Origin: a virus
Length of the DNA: 64,000 nucleotides
Reading direction: 5' to 3' (one strand)
IMG/VR virus record: IMGVR_UViG_3300033149_006357
Span: 1 to 64,000 of that record
Shown: piece after piece, positions 36,203 through 45,379 of the stretch
Layout of the letters: each line of letters begins with the position of its first letter
Numbering within the stretch: the first letter of the stretch is position 1
Program-made: the position numbers and the translations under genes
Notes under the pieces: model-generated
The model's database searches: none
Told to the model about the DNA's origin: nothing
The model's input: only the letters and a program-made list of their open reading frames with translations

Positions 36203-36841
36203 CTAGTAAAGATACAGAGAGCCCAGCCTGTTGCCACGGCTACGGGCCGTCACTGGCTTCGCGGTAAACTCCAATGAGACAGTGTTGTTTTCACGCGAGT
36301 TCATCGCCCACTCAAGACCGCCACTCACAAACACATCATAGAGCGTGAGCACGCCGCCGGAAATGCCGCTGGTGACGTCCTCCGATGACGGGGCGTCACA
36401 CGAGTCATTGGTGAACTCGACGCTGATCGGCCTCGACCGCATCGTGCAGCCGCCGCCAAATGTATACACGCGCTCATTCCCGAGCGAGTACATCGTACCG
36501 GTGCCAAGAGCGAGCTCCAATGTTTGCGGCTTGAATTCAAGAATCTCGATCGTCAGCCTGGTCTCCTCGCCCGTCACCTGGTACACCGTGTTGAGCGCCA
36601 GGTTGAATGTCTCAACAGGCTCATATGTTGGTTCATACGACCAAGACAGATCCGCAACACCGCCGATCTCAACGCTCTGCCCAGCCTGCAACCCAATAGA
36701 CGCCTCATATGTGCTATACACCCAAGATGACGTTTCCAACGAACCGTACAGGTTGGATGTACCAATCTTGATCGCGCCCTCCGGCTTCAAGAAAAAACCA
36801 GCAGTAATGGTTGGGGCCGAAGGAGTGTAATACGTTGCCAT
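36203..36841 (-). CDS. major tail (tube) protein
   Basis: 212 aa, beta-rich, upstream of the chaperones. Confidence 0.75.
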   Translation of the reverse strand: MATYYTPSAPTITAGFFLKPEGAIKIGTSNLYGSLETSSWVYSTYEASIGLQAGQSVEIGGVADLSWSYEPTYEPVETFNLALNTVYQVTGEETRLTIEILEFKPQTLELALGTGTMYSLGNERVYTFGGGCTMRSRPISVEFTNDSCDAPSSEDVTSGISGGVLTLYDVFVSGGLEWAMNSRENNTVSLEFTAKPVTARSRGNRLGSLYLY

Positions 36842-37096
36842 TTATGTCCTCCTACTTACATCTTCTGATGTCGGATTAAGCCTCACGAAAAGCGGCCTCG
36901 AAGTACCGCTCCCGCATGGACAATATCGCCTGATATCCAATAAGCGATCTGCGTCCTCTGGGTGAACCCACGTCCCATGTTTTCCTATCAAGTACGATAC
37001 GTTGTCCAAAGCTAGACTAAGAACTTTCTGCTCACCAAACCCCCTATTTGTACCCAAGAACACCCAATCATAACGATCCGCCATCTCCACACTCAT
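36842..37096 (-). CDS. hypothetical protein
   Basis: Small ORF in the neck/tail region. Confidence 0.45.
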   Translation of the reverse strand: MSVEMADRYDWVFLGTNRGFGEQKVLSLALDNVSYLIGKHGTWVHPEDADRLLDIRRYCPCGSGTSRPLFVRLNPTSEDVSRRT

Positions 37097-37595
37097 TCAA
37101 CAAGCTAAACGATATAACAGCATACAAAATCGGATATTCAGAGTTTTGCCCGTACCACGCCGTCCTATCCTCGACAGAGATCGTGGCGGCGGGCAGATCC
37201 AGCCTATATCTCGGAGAGCTCGTGCTATCCGGGAACCACCTTGCACCTCTAAGCCCGTAGACGATGCGACTGACAACCGTCCTGAAATCCGCATGGACTG
37301 TATCATATGGCACGGTATCTGACGATTGTGGCACCGCCAGATCGCTGATATGAACCTCCACATCGTACCTCACAACCGGTCTCTGCCCAGGAGAGTTGCG
37401 GATATCGGATAGCGTCTCTGTCGCGCGTCGAACATGTACAGCGATCACATAGTACTGCGATGGTGGATTCAGAATCGTCGGCGAGATCTCCGCTATCTGC
37501 CTGTCCACGCCCTGGTGCGAGATGCCAGATACAAACCCGTCCTTGTTATTTTCCAGCCACTCAGAAATCGCAGAAACGGCAGCATCTATGTTCAT
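37068..37595 (-). CDS. putative tail terminator/completion protein
   Basis: Synteny and size. Confidence 0.5.
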   Translation of the reverse strand: MNIDAAVSAISEWLENNKDGFVSGISHQGVDRQIAEISPTILNPPSQYYVIAVHVRRATETLSDIRNSPGQRPVVRYDVEVHISDLAVPQSSDTVPYDTVHADFRTVVSRIVYGLRGARWFPDSTSSPRYRLDLPAATISVEDRTAWYGQNSEYPILYAVISFSLLNECGDGGSL

Positions 37596-38170
37596 AGTTC
37601 ACCATCGCGCATGCGCTGCATGATCATCTCCCTGATACGAGGTCTTGCCGCATCGTATGCGTCCTCCAGGAAATCTCTATCCAGGTAAATCCCTGGATGG
37701 TTGACGTGCGTCCATATCCACCTGTCCTGCCCATCCATGTAAAAAGCTAGCGGGTGCACGGTCCCGTCCTTATCTGGCTGCAGATACCTCTCTCCGTACA
37801 ATGGAATTCTGTGTGGAGCTGTACCGCCTGGCCACTTGTACGGAATGCCTTTTGTGAAAAATCCCACATGTGGAGACGCAGAATATACATTTATATTTAC
37901 GCCAAGCTCATCGATGCCCGCAATATGCCTTGCGCCGAAATGCCAACTTGCGGAGAGCCCATCCTTAATCGGAACTTCGCCAAGCCTCTCGCTTGGCCTC
38001 TCGCCAAATCTCCACGAGAACATATCCAGGTTTTCCGACCCATCTGGCGCGTATTCTTTCACCCATTTGATCAACTCATCCGCCGCATCCAGGCCGAGTA
38101 ATTCTATGCGCCCTTCCTTTGATGCGAAAAAGTACTTGACCCTCCTGACAAGCCTACCAAACAGATTCAT
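37592..38170 (-). CDS. putative neck protein (HK97 gp10-like)
   Basis: Synteny; VNHPG...FLEDAYD motif. Confidence 0.55.
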   Translation of the reverse strand: MNLFGRLVRRVKYFFASKEGRIELLGLDAADELIKWVKEYAPDGSENLDMFSWRFGERPSERLGEVPIKDGLSASWHFGARHIAGIDELGVNINVYSASPHVGFFTKGIPYKWPGGTAPHRIPLYGERYLQPDKDGTVHPLAFYMDGQDRWIWTHVNHPGIYLDRDFLEDAYDAARPRIREMIMQRMRDGEL

Positions 38171-38778
38171 CAGTCCACGCTCGATGATCGCAACTCATAC
38201 ACATAGTCCCAATCTATATCCAGAGACCTCACCTCGGCGTATTCATCCATCAACATCTCCGTGTACTCGGCAAGACCCTGGAACCTGGTCGGATCTATGT
38301 AGTCCTCGACAAAATCGATGCGCGGGCCATATGGCTCACTCAACCACTTCTCCGCTTTCGTGCCTTTGTAATAATCCGCCCTAAAACCGATCCCAGTTTC
38401 CAAGATATCCCTGCGCATCCGATCGAACAGCTCTCCAAAGACATTGCCCTGCGCGGCCCTCGAGGCAAAACCGCCCATAGCGGGGGCAGGGCGTAAGATG
38501 TATCCACCAGCAAGCGCCGCCGTGCCAACCGCACTCATGTAAGACAAAAACGTCGTCTGAGACATGGGCCACGTTTCGCCTGATAGCACGGCGAACGGAA
38601 TCTTGTAACCCACGGATCGAAACGTGGCCTCTACCAGTGAGTCCGTCCACGGTATCAGCGTATCGATCCTGGATGCAGTTGGCATGCTGTTTGCATTCGC
38701 GGTCGACCCAACAAACAGCGTCGTCAGCAGGTAGCTGACCTGATCAGATGTGCAGTATGGAGTTGTCGGGGCCATCAC
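38170..38778 (-). CDS. head-tail connector/adaptor
   Basis: YCTSDQV N-terminus; directly after the major capsid gene. Confidence 0.65.
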   Translation of the reverse strand: MMAPTTPYCTSDQVSYLLTTLFVGSTANANSMPTASRIDTLIPWTDSLVEATFRSVGYKIPFAVLSGETWPMSQTTFLSYMSAVGTAALAGGYILRPAPAMGGFASRAAQGNVFGELFDRMRRDILETGIGFRADYYKGTKAEKWLSEPYGPRIDFVEDYIDPTRFQGLAEYTEMLMDEYAEVRSLDIDWDYVYELRSSSVD

Positions 38779-38783
38779 ACCCC

Positions 38784-39938
38784 CTAGTTAAAGACATCCA
38801 GCACAAAAACCTCTTGCGATGACTTTAGAACAGGGAATCCCTTGATCCCAACGCCAAGCTCGGTCGTCCACGGCGGTTTCTTCATCACGTCGATCCATGT
38901 GTACTTGCCCGGCTTATAGCTTTGATCCGGCCCTGCGGTCGGTGCCGTCGCAAGATATGCAATGTCTCCGCCAAGCGCACCAGGCGGGATAATGATGACT
39001 TTGCCCGGCTTCAAGAAATGCACATGGTTCTCTGTAACACCGCTCTCGCTGCCCAGGTTGGTCTCGTATGTCCACACGGCAGAATATGTGAGAATGTTAT
39101 ATCCCAGCTTCGTCTCAAGGAAATCCTGCAGATCCGGGTAGTTCACAAAACGCTGACCGGTATCCGTTCCCTTGAACCAGTTGATCACATTGGGCCTGGT
39201 CGCCATGTATGACAACACATCCTCACCCATGATTACGGTTGCGCCACGGATAGGCATGTGAATGGTGTTCGCCATCAGATCCCGCACGACCTCCAGGTCG
39301 AGGATCGGATCCGCGCTCGCGTGCTTCCAGTTATACCCGCCGCCGGATCGACTGTTGTAGCCAGAAAGAGAACTCACGTCCTGCTTGAAATTCGCTCTGA
39401 ACTCCAGATCCAACGTGATGGACGCATTGCCCCAATACGCAGGAGCGCTCGTGATGGTGTTGCCATCATCATCTTTCGGCGGCCATGTGATCGTGCCTTG
39501 CAATGCCTGCAAACACAGGTACTCGATGGTCGCCTCTACCTCATCATCTGCGCTGGCAAGTTTCGTTCGCACGTGGCGTAGCGCTTTGTTGCGCTTGTTC
39601 GCCAGAACGCGGCTCTTGATGGCCAGCTCGCCAGGCTCGCGCAGCGTCATCACTGCTTCCTCGTCGAGCTTCCTGGCGGCCATGACGTTCATGACATCCG
39701 CCATGATCTGGTAAAACCCAGGATCATCCCCAGGGATTGGCGTACCGTCCATCGAGTAAATGCCAGCAATGCGATTCGCAGCACGCACAACATCCCACAG
39801 CACCTGATACTCGCCGATGTCTTTCTCCGGGAAGAATCTCCTACCAATATACTGTGCCCGCAACGCTTCCGACGTTGGCCTTTCCTTGACCATCGCGTCG
39901 AGAAACTTGGTTGTCAATACATTAGGAAAAGTAGCCAT
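38784..39938 (-). CDS. major capsid protein (lambda gpE-like)
   Basis: 384 aa; RFFP, EYLCLQALQGTI, W...ADPILDL motifs. Confidence 0.85.
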   Translation of the reverse strand: MATFPNVLTTKFLDAMVKERPTSEALRAQYIGRRFFPEKDIGEYQVLWDVVRAANRIAGIYSMDGTPIPGDDPGFYQIMADVMNVMAARKLDEEAVMTLREPGELAIKSRVLANKRNKALRHVRTKLASADDEVEATIEYLCLQALQGTITWPPKDDDGNTITSAPAYWGNASITLDLEFRANFKQDVSSLSGYNSRSGGGYNWKHASADPILDLEVVRDLMANTIHMPIRGATVIMGEDVLSYMATRPNVINWFKGTDTGQRFVNYPDLQDFLETKLGYNILTYSAVWTYETNLGSESGVTENHVHFLKPGKVIIIPPGALGGDIAYLATAPTAGPDQSYKPGKYTWIDVMKKPPWTTELGVGIKGFPVLKSSQEVFVLDVFN

Positions 39939-39947
39939 TCGTCTCTC

Positions 39948-40361
39948 CTATACCCAAGTGATGTCATCTAGTGCAGTTTTTACAGCCGCCGGGACCGTGC
40001 CAACCGCGCCGCCATACACAAAGCAGCGCGACTCGATAAACACGCCGTGCCAAACCGGCGCGACAAGACGGTTCCCATACGTCATATCATAGGTCTCATG
40101 CAGCACACCGACTGGCGTATCAGATCCGGTCCCATACGCTGCACTTGCATTGTACGGCACGTATTTATTCGTGCTGGAATCTTTAGCCACGACTATTCCC
40201 GCATATACCCACTTCTCATGATACGAATTTTCTGCGATGTACGTGCTCGCGTCGAACTCGCGGCTCTCGCGCAACGAAAAGTGGTTGTCTCGAAGCACAG
40301 TCAAAGGCTGACGATGCTTCCTGGTTGTTCTAAATGCCATTTCCCCTCCTACATCGCCCAA
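39948..40361 (-). CDS. head decoration protein (gpD-like)
   Basis: AGIVVAK...KYVPY...GSDTPVGVL; between protease and capsid genes. Confidence 0.75.
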   Translation of the reverse strand: MGDVGGEMAFRTTRKHRQPLTVLRDNHFSLRESREFDASTYIAENSYHEKWVYAGIVVAKDSSTNKYVPYNASAAYGTGSDTPVGVLHETYDMTYGNRLVAPVWHGVFIESRCFVYGGAVGTVPAAVKTALDDITWV

Positions 40362-41449
40362 ACTTCTTTGGCGAAGTCCTCGACATTATCGTCATCCTCG
40401 TTGCCAAGATCTCGGTCTTTATCGCCCTCGGTCTGCGTACTCAGCATAACGCTGCCGGGCAGGATATTGACCAGCCTGGCAATCGCTTTTCGGAAATACG
40501 CCACGACCTCATCCGCACTCCCCCTGTCCTCGAGCTTGACCGCATCGTCGCCATCGCCAATTGGCGCAAGGGACAGCGTATCGCGCACCCAGTCCACGAA
40601 GACAGGCGGATGCCCCCTGCCATCATCGTCGCGGTAGTTCTCTGCGCTCATCACGACGTTATTCACGAGCGATTCGACCCACATCGCGCGATAACGATCC
40701 ACAAGATCGCGCTGTTGATCTGCCTCGCTCTCAAGAGCCGTAAGGCGCTCTTCCAGCTCGCTCATCTCTGTCACAAGACTATCCCGCTCTTCAACAAGCT
40801 GTCTGTACTCCTCAAGATTAATCTCGTTCATATCCTCCTCCAAATCATCCAGCGACATACGAATCTCTGGATGCTCCCAATCTGGATGAAATTCGATGCT
40901 CGCGTACCTAAATTGGCCGTTCTTGATCACCTCCAGGCCGGTGGGAGTTGGCTTGACCAGTGCGCACAACCAGTCGCCATTCATAAACAGATCCTCAAAC
41001 CACCCAACTGCGCCAAAATCCGGTTTATGGCGATGATCTAGTGAGATATCTATCCCAACCCTGTTCATCTTGAAATTATCGATGAACGACTGCAATGTAG
41101 CGTCATCGAACACAAGCTCGCCACCACGATACCTAAAACGGCCCCTCTTTACCAAATGGACAAGCAGCCGCTCGTCGCCCTCGTCCCCGATTATCTGAAT
41201 CGGCGGCATATTTTTGATATGCGGCCTGTTCGTAATCGCGGCCCCAAGAACGGTAGGGCCAACTGTCTCCAAAATAAATGTATCAAAAAAGTCGCCCATG
41301 ACGCCCTTTTCTTTCAGCATCGCGGTGCAGATGGCATACGCCTGCTGCTCCGCATCCTGGCCCTCTTCCTTCGGTTCAGGACGAGAGCCCGGATCTTTCT
41401 TCCACTTCTCAAGAAGTGAGCTCACGCACCTCTCCAATGCTTCGGGCAT
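40349..41449 (-). CDS. capsid maturation protease/scaffold (Mu gpI-like)
   Basis: GAAITNRPHIK, LDHRH, AVGW, FRYASIEF; acidic coiled-coil C-terminus. Confidence 0.8.
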   Translation of the reverse strand: MPEALERCVSSLLEKWKKDPGSRPEPKEEGQDAEQQAYAICTAMLKEKGVMGDFFDTFILETVGPTVLGAAITNRPHIKNMPPIQIIGDEGDERLLVHLVKRGRFRYRGGELVFDDATLQSFIDNFKMNRVGIDISLDHRHKPDFGAVGWFEDLFMNGDWLCALVKPTPTGLEVIKNGQFRYASIEFHPDWEHPEIRMSLDDLEEDMNEINLEEYRQLVEERDSLVTEMSELEERLTALESEADQQRDLVDRYRAMWVESLVNNVVMSAENYRDDDGRGHPPVFVDWVRDTLSLAPIGDGDDAVKLEDRGSADEVVAYFRKAIARLVNILPGSVMLSTQTEGDKDRDLGNEDDDNVEDFAKEVWAM

Positions 41450-41466
41450 ATCACACCTCTCTAATT

Positions 41467-41495
41467 AGTATAACATCTAATAAATAGTATGTCAA
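41467..41495 (-). promoter_or_regulatory. sigma70-type promoter for head genes
   Basis: TTGACA - 17 bp - TATACT (TGn extended) on the minus strand. Confidence 0.85.
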
Positions 41496-41833
41496 GTATC
41501 ACTTACGCGCTCAAGAACGCTTATCCTGCCATCATACACCACGTATTCGCTTCCGTCGGACCTGATCCATTGCACATCACAAAAATAGCTGCCAGGAGAC
41601 ACGTCTGTATCCGTCGGCGTCAGTGTAAATATGGCAACCCCGCTAGATCCCTGGGTTGCGACATCTGCATCCTTCTGAATGGCCGCGCTCGCATCTGAAT
41701 CGCTACGGTTCGATTTCATCGTAAAGCGCACAGTGTCCGACGTAATATTTTGGGCCACGCCATCTATTTTACACGTAATCGTAAATCGCTTCGTTTCTCC
41801 AGCCCTAAAATCGCTAATGCGTGTCGTACTCAT
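41492..41833 (-). CDS. BppU-like Ig-fold structural protein
   Basis: RAGETKRFTITC...GVAIFTLTPTDT...GSYFCDVQW...G.ISV. Confidence 0.65.
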   Translation of the reverse strand: MSTTRISDFRAGETKRFTITCKIDGVAQNITSDTVRFTMKSNRSDSDASAAIQKDADVATQGSSGVAIFTLTPTDTDVSPGSYFCDVQWIRSDGSEYVVYDGRISVLERVSDT

Positions 41834-41840
41834 ACACACC

Positions 41841-43526
41841 TCACAAATCGGCAACCATCTCATCTGCTACATAATCAAATATTATAGCATCCGCACTCAC
41901 AGCCCCAACGATCTCATCTGAAATCGGTATCTCTACAACATCTACAATCGCCACTGTTGGGCCATGCGATCTCACAACTAAAAACACAGCCGTTGGTGTA
42001 TATGACATGGATGACATATATACATCCGGATTGACGGAAACGGCTATAGCGCTAATCGCCTCTGGCGCGATCCCGACAGACCCAAGGACAACGGCCGGAT
42101 CGACACCGGAAACAATTGCCACCGTCGGTGTTGGCGATATAGAAATCCCGCCAAGCACAACCGTTGGGGCAACACCGCCCGCCACCAGTGCAGACGGCGC
42201 AACCGTAACCACAATGCTGCCCAGTACAACCGCAGGATCCATTCCAGACGCAATAGCGCTAATGGAAGACGGACTTACACTAACACTGCCCAACACAACA
42301 ACGGGATCGGCTGCACCGGTCACAACTGAGCTTTCTGTCGGCACTACAATTAGATCCCCAGTGGTTACTGTTGGATCAACCGTTGTCACAACACCAGATA
42401 CGACGGCCGGCGTGACCACAACAGATCCAAGATCGACCGCAGGATCAACACCCGCCGTTACCGCCGAAATCGAGTCGGGCGATACCGCGACCGAGCCGAG
42501 AACCGTCATTGGATCAACCGTCGTCGCCACGCCTGACACGGCAGTCGGTGTAACCGTCAAAGATCCAAGCGCCACCTCCGGATCGACCACAGAGGCCACT
42601 GCCGACGTAGCGGTTGGCGTAATTGCGACAGACCCAAGTGCCACTTCTGGATCAATGCCCGTAACCACCACTGAGTCGGCAGCCGGTGCGATTGTCAAGG
42701 AACCGAGGACAACGGCCGGATCAACCTTGGTCGCTACAACAGATACAGAAGTTGGCGTAATTGTGACATCTCCGCCCGCTGTTGCAACTTCCAAATACTG
42801 GATCGGGAGAAGGTATGCAGTGCCACCAGCACGGGCACGGACGATCTCATACCGCCGCCGCACCTCGGTGGCGGAGAGGGCGCGGTTGTAGATGCGGGCC
42901 ATGAGCAAAAGCCCGGCTGGAACTTCAGCGCCAGCGACAAAATCTGAATCTCGGCCAAGATAGATATCAGTTGCAGAAGCAAATGAATAGCTGATAGATG
43001 CTGCCGTAGTATTCTGTTCTGCTACCTGCTCCCCATTATGGTAAACGCGTTGAAACTCTCCTCCTTTGAATACTGCAACGACATGAGCCAACTCTTGTGC
43101 CACAATATATGCCCCATACCCAGCCAAGTACGTGGTATTGCCATCTCCAACGTAAAATCGCCAATCGTCATTAACCTGATATAGTAGCCAGCCATCATCA
43201 TCGCGCTGATGAGAGAAGATCTTCCCGCCAGCGTCGATGCGATCTGGGATAAACAACGCTTCCAGCGTCAACTCTGCGGTTGGTTCCAAGTGATCGGCGG
43301 CATCAATCTTGACCCATGTCCAGTTACTTATGTCGTCCTGTAGGCGAAGAGCGGGACCATATTGTGTAGCTTCCCTCCTGACCGTATTCTCTATTGCTGC
43401 GGCATGCCCGTACCTGGTATAGTCTGGCACGAACAGCCCATGATCACGGTCGAATCGCCATTCCCCGACTAGGCCGCGATCAAGCGGATCGCTAAGTTGT
43501 GGCATACCTGGCAATAGAATGCTCAT
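41841..43526 (-). CDS. LamG/concanavalin-domain fibre protein with 23-aa repeats
   Basis: GLVGEWRFD...HVVAVF...RIYNRALS; about 12 repeats P.....V...VDP.V.LGS. Confidence 0.8.
   Translation of the reverse strand: MSILLPGMPQLSDPLDRGLVGEWRFDRDHGLFVPDYTRYGHAAAIENTVRREATQYGPALRLQDDISNWTWVKIDAADHLEPTAELTLEALFIPDRIDAGGKIFSHQRDDDGWLLYQVNDDWRFYVGDGNTTYLAGYGAYIVAQELAHVVAVFKGGEFQRVYHNGEQVAEQNTTAASISYSFASATDIYLGRDSDFVAGAEVPAGLLLMARIYNRALSATEVRRRYEIVRARAGGTAYLLPIQYLEVATAGGDVTITPTSVSVVATKVDPAVVLGSLTIAPAADSVVVTGIDPEVALGSVAITPTATSAVASVVDPEVALGSLTVTPTAVSGVATTVDPMTVLGSVAVSPDSISAVTAGVDPAVDLGSVVVTPAVVSGVVTTVDPTVTTGDLIVVPTESSVVTGAADPVVVLGSVSVSPSSISAIASGMDPAVVLGSIVVTVAPSALVAGGVAPTVVLGGISISPTPTVAIVSGVDPAVVLGSVGIAPEAISAIAVSVNPDVYMSSMSYTPTAVFLVVRSHGPTVAIVDVVEIPISDEIVGAVSADAIIFDYVADEMVADL
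41930..42755 (-). repeat. ~12 x 69-bp coding tandem repeat (23 aa)
   Basis: Repeat register is visible in the translation. Confidence 0.75.
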
Positions 43527-43533
43527 CTATCCT

Positions 43534-43887
43534 CTACGCGGCGGAGTAGGTATTTGCATACCACTGGTATTGCCGTGTGATACGATCTGGTACTACAGCC
43601 TCCAGTTCCGCAAACCGGGCACGTAGGCGCTCCAGATAGTCCCCTGGCGGATCGTTCCTATGATAGGAGACCGCCCCCCGAATCTCGACTAGATCGCCTG
43701 CGCGGATCGCGTCCAGTTCAGCTTGCACGATGTCGGGAACGGCGGACTGGAAATTGGCAATATCCGGGTCTGATGCCATCCTGTCCCTGATCTCCTGCGC
43801 AACCCCAGTGGGCACGTGCAATACGTATTGGTATGATGTCCGATAGATGTTTCGGACGGTCCCTCGAAGGATATGGATGTCGGCCAT
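43534..43887 (-). CDS. hypothetical protein
   Basis: Coupled ORF in the fibre cluster. Confidence 0.6.
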   Translation of the reverse strand: MADIHILRGTVRNIYRTSYQYVLHVPTGVAQEIRDRMASDPDIANFQSAVPDIVQAELDAIRAGDLVEIRGAVSYHRNDPPGDYLERLRARFAELEAVVPDRITRQYQWYANTYSAA

Positions 43888-44276
43888 TACTGATACGCTC
43901 CCATTGCGGATACCCAGACGTCCACACTGTCCGTGCTATCGTTGTTCGTCACGGACACGCGTAGGGTATCCAGTGCTGAAACGTTGATCTGGTACGTGGC
44001 CCGCTCCTCACTGCTCGTTACCTCTGGGATCGAGGCTTCGAACAGCGCGAGCGTATCGACCTCGTTCGCCCCATCGGCATCCACGCCGAACAGCTCGACC
44101 GTCACATCGGCGTCCGGCGTGCCGCCAAAGATAACAACCACCTTGATTGCCACCACGATATACGGGTTCGCGCCATTGCAATCAATGTCCCCGGTCGTGG
44201 TGGACCCGGCAGTGACGGTGGTCTTGCTACCGTCTGAGCCGATTACATCTGCCCAAGCACTTTTCGTCCAAGCCAT
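43887..44276 (-). CDS. putative structural protein
   Basis: AAGGAG SD; beta-rich. Confidence 0.6.
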   Translation of the reverse strand: MAWTKSAWADVIGSDGSKTTVTAGSTTTGDIDCNGANPYIVVAIKVVVIFGGTPDADVTVELFGVDADGANEVDTLALFEASIPEVTSSEERATYQINVSALDTLRVSVTNNDSTDSVDVWVSAMGAYQ

Positions 44277-44287
44277 GGGTCATCTCC

Positions 44288-44746
44288 TTAGGATTCGTTC
44301 AGTCGGAGCTCGAGATCCTGGAGCGTCAGCGTCTGTCCATCCGACACGGTTCTGTCACTGGACAAGTCCCAGTAAGCCAACACCTCGCGGTTGGCTACCG
44401 TGCCGTCGTCATCCGTGAGCACGGCATACCGAGCGCCATTGCCGGACGCGGGGATAGGCCCGCCACTGGCCGTCCACGACACGTCCTTGACCTGAACCAG
44501 CGCCCGATCATTCGCGTCGTCCTCGGTCAGCGTATCAAAGTCCGTTGAGTTGCGGTCCAACTGATACCCGCCACTAGTATATCCATTACCCGCAGCAATC
44601 TCTGTGAGATCGCCGAGTACATTAGTGTCTGGGTCAGGCGCCGTGGCGCTCGTGACCAACGCAACATAAAAGTTGGTCGGCGCGCCTGTGTTGCGAAAAT
44701 AGGCGTCCAAAATCGCCTGTTTTCCCCTATTCGTCCATCCTGCCAT
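44288..44746 (-). CDS. putative structural (fibre-associated) protein
   Basis: YVALVT...GNGYTSGG...WTASGG...DGQTLTL, a pattern typical of virion proteins. Confidence 0.7.
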   Translation of the reverse strand: MAGWTNRGKQAILDAYFRNTGAPTNFYVALVTSATAPDPDTNVLGDLTEIAAGNGYTSGGYQLDRNSTDFDTLTEDDANDRALVQVKDVSWTASGGPIPASGNGARYAVLTDDDGTVANREVLAYWDLSSDRTVSDGQTLTLQDLELRLNES

Positions 44747-44877
44747 TCTCCTTACCTCCTCTTACAAGTTTCAAAGCGATAGAAGCTAATAGGAATACCT
44801 CAAACAAGGCGAAATCGTCACAGTAACGACATCGGTGCTCCTGATGGCCGCTCCAGGAACATAGACAATACTCGTTT

Positions 44878-45318
44878 CTAACGTTGGCCTCTTGCATTTG
44901 TATCTCCCGACTTCATTCTCTCAACGCTTTTCTCAAGGACCGCTATCCTGCCATCAACCTCTTGCCAGTACGACTTGGATGTCTTGTCATGATCCTGCGC
45001 CCAATCCTTTAGCCTGAGAACACAATCCGTCACGTCTTCGACCGTGCCCGCGACGTCCACCATCGACTTGTTCAGCGCAGAAATGCTCTCCTTCACCTCT
45101 GATAGCGCGCCCACCATCTCGGCGGTCAGGTTTCGCCATGACGAAATATAATCGTTTCTCGCCCTGACCGCATCGTCTACAAGGCCACGTATAAATGCGT
45201 CGTAGCTCTCCCGGCTTGTCTCGAGCTGTGTAAAATATTGCCTCAAAAAAACAGACACACCGATTAACACGAGCGCCAACAACCCCAAAGCACCATACTG
45301 GAGGAATTCGCTTTCCAT
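44878..45318 (-). CDS. holin-like membrane protein
   Basis: LQYGALGLLALVL transmembrane segment then coiled coil. Confidence 0.5.
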   Translation of the reverse strand: MESEFLQYGALGLLALVLIGVSVFLRQYFTQLETSRESYDAFIRGLVDDAVRARNDYISSWRNLTAEMVGALSEVKESISALNKSMVDVAGTVEDVTDCVLRLKDWAQDHDKTSKSYWQEVDGRIAVLEKSVERMKSGDTNARGQR

Positions 45319-45350
45319 GCTATACCCAATCGTTTAGTATTATTACACAA

Positions 45351-45379
45351 AGTATAACATTCCTATCCGCTAAAGTCAA
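45351..45379 (-). promoter_or_regulatory. sigma70-type promoter
   Basis: TTGACT - 17 bp - TATACT (TGn extended) on the minus strand. Confidence 0.8.

Noticed and set aside
42007-42891. 294-aa Thr-rich + strand ORF
   Set aside because: Antisense shadow of the repeat fibre gene.
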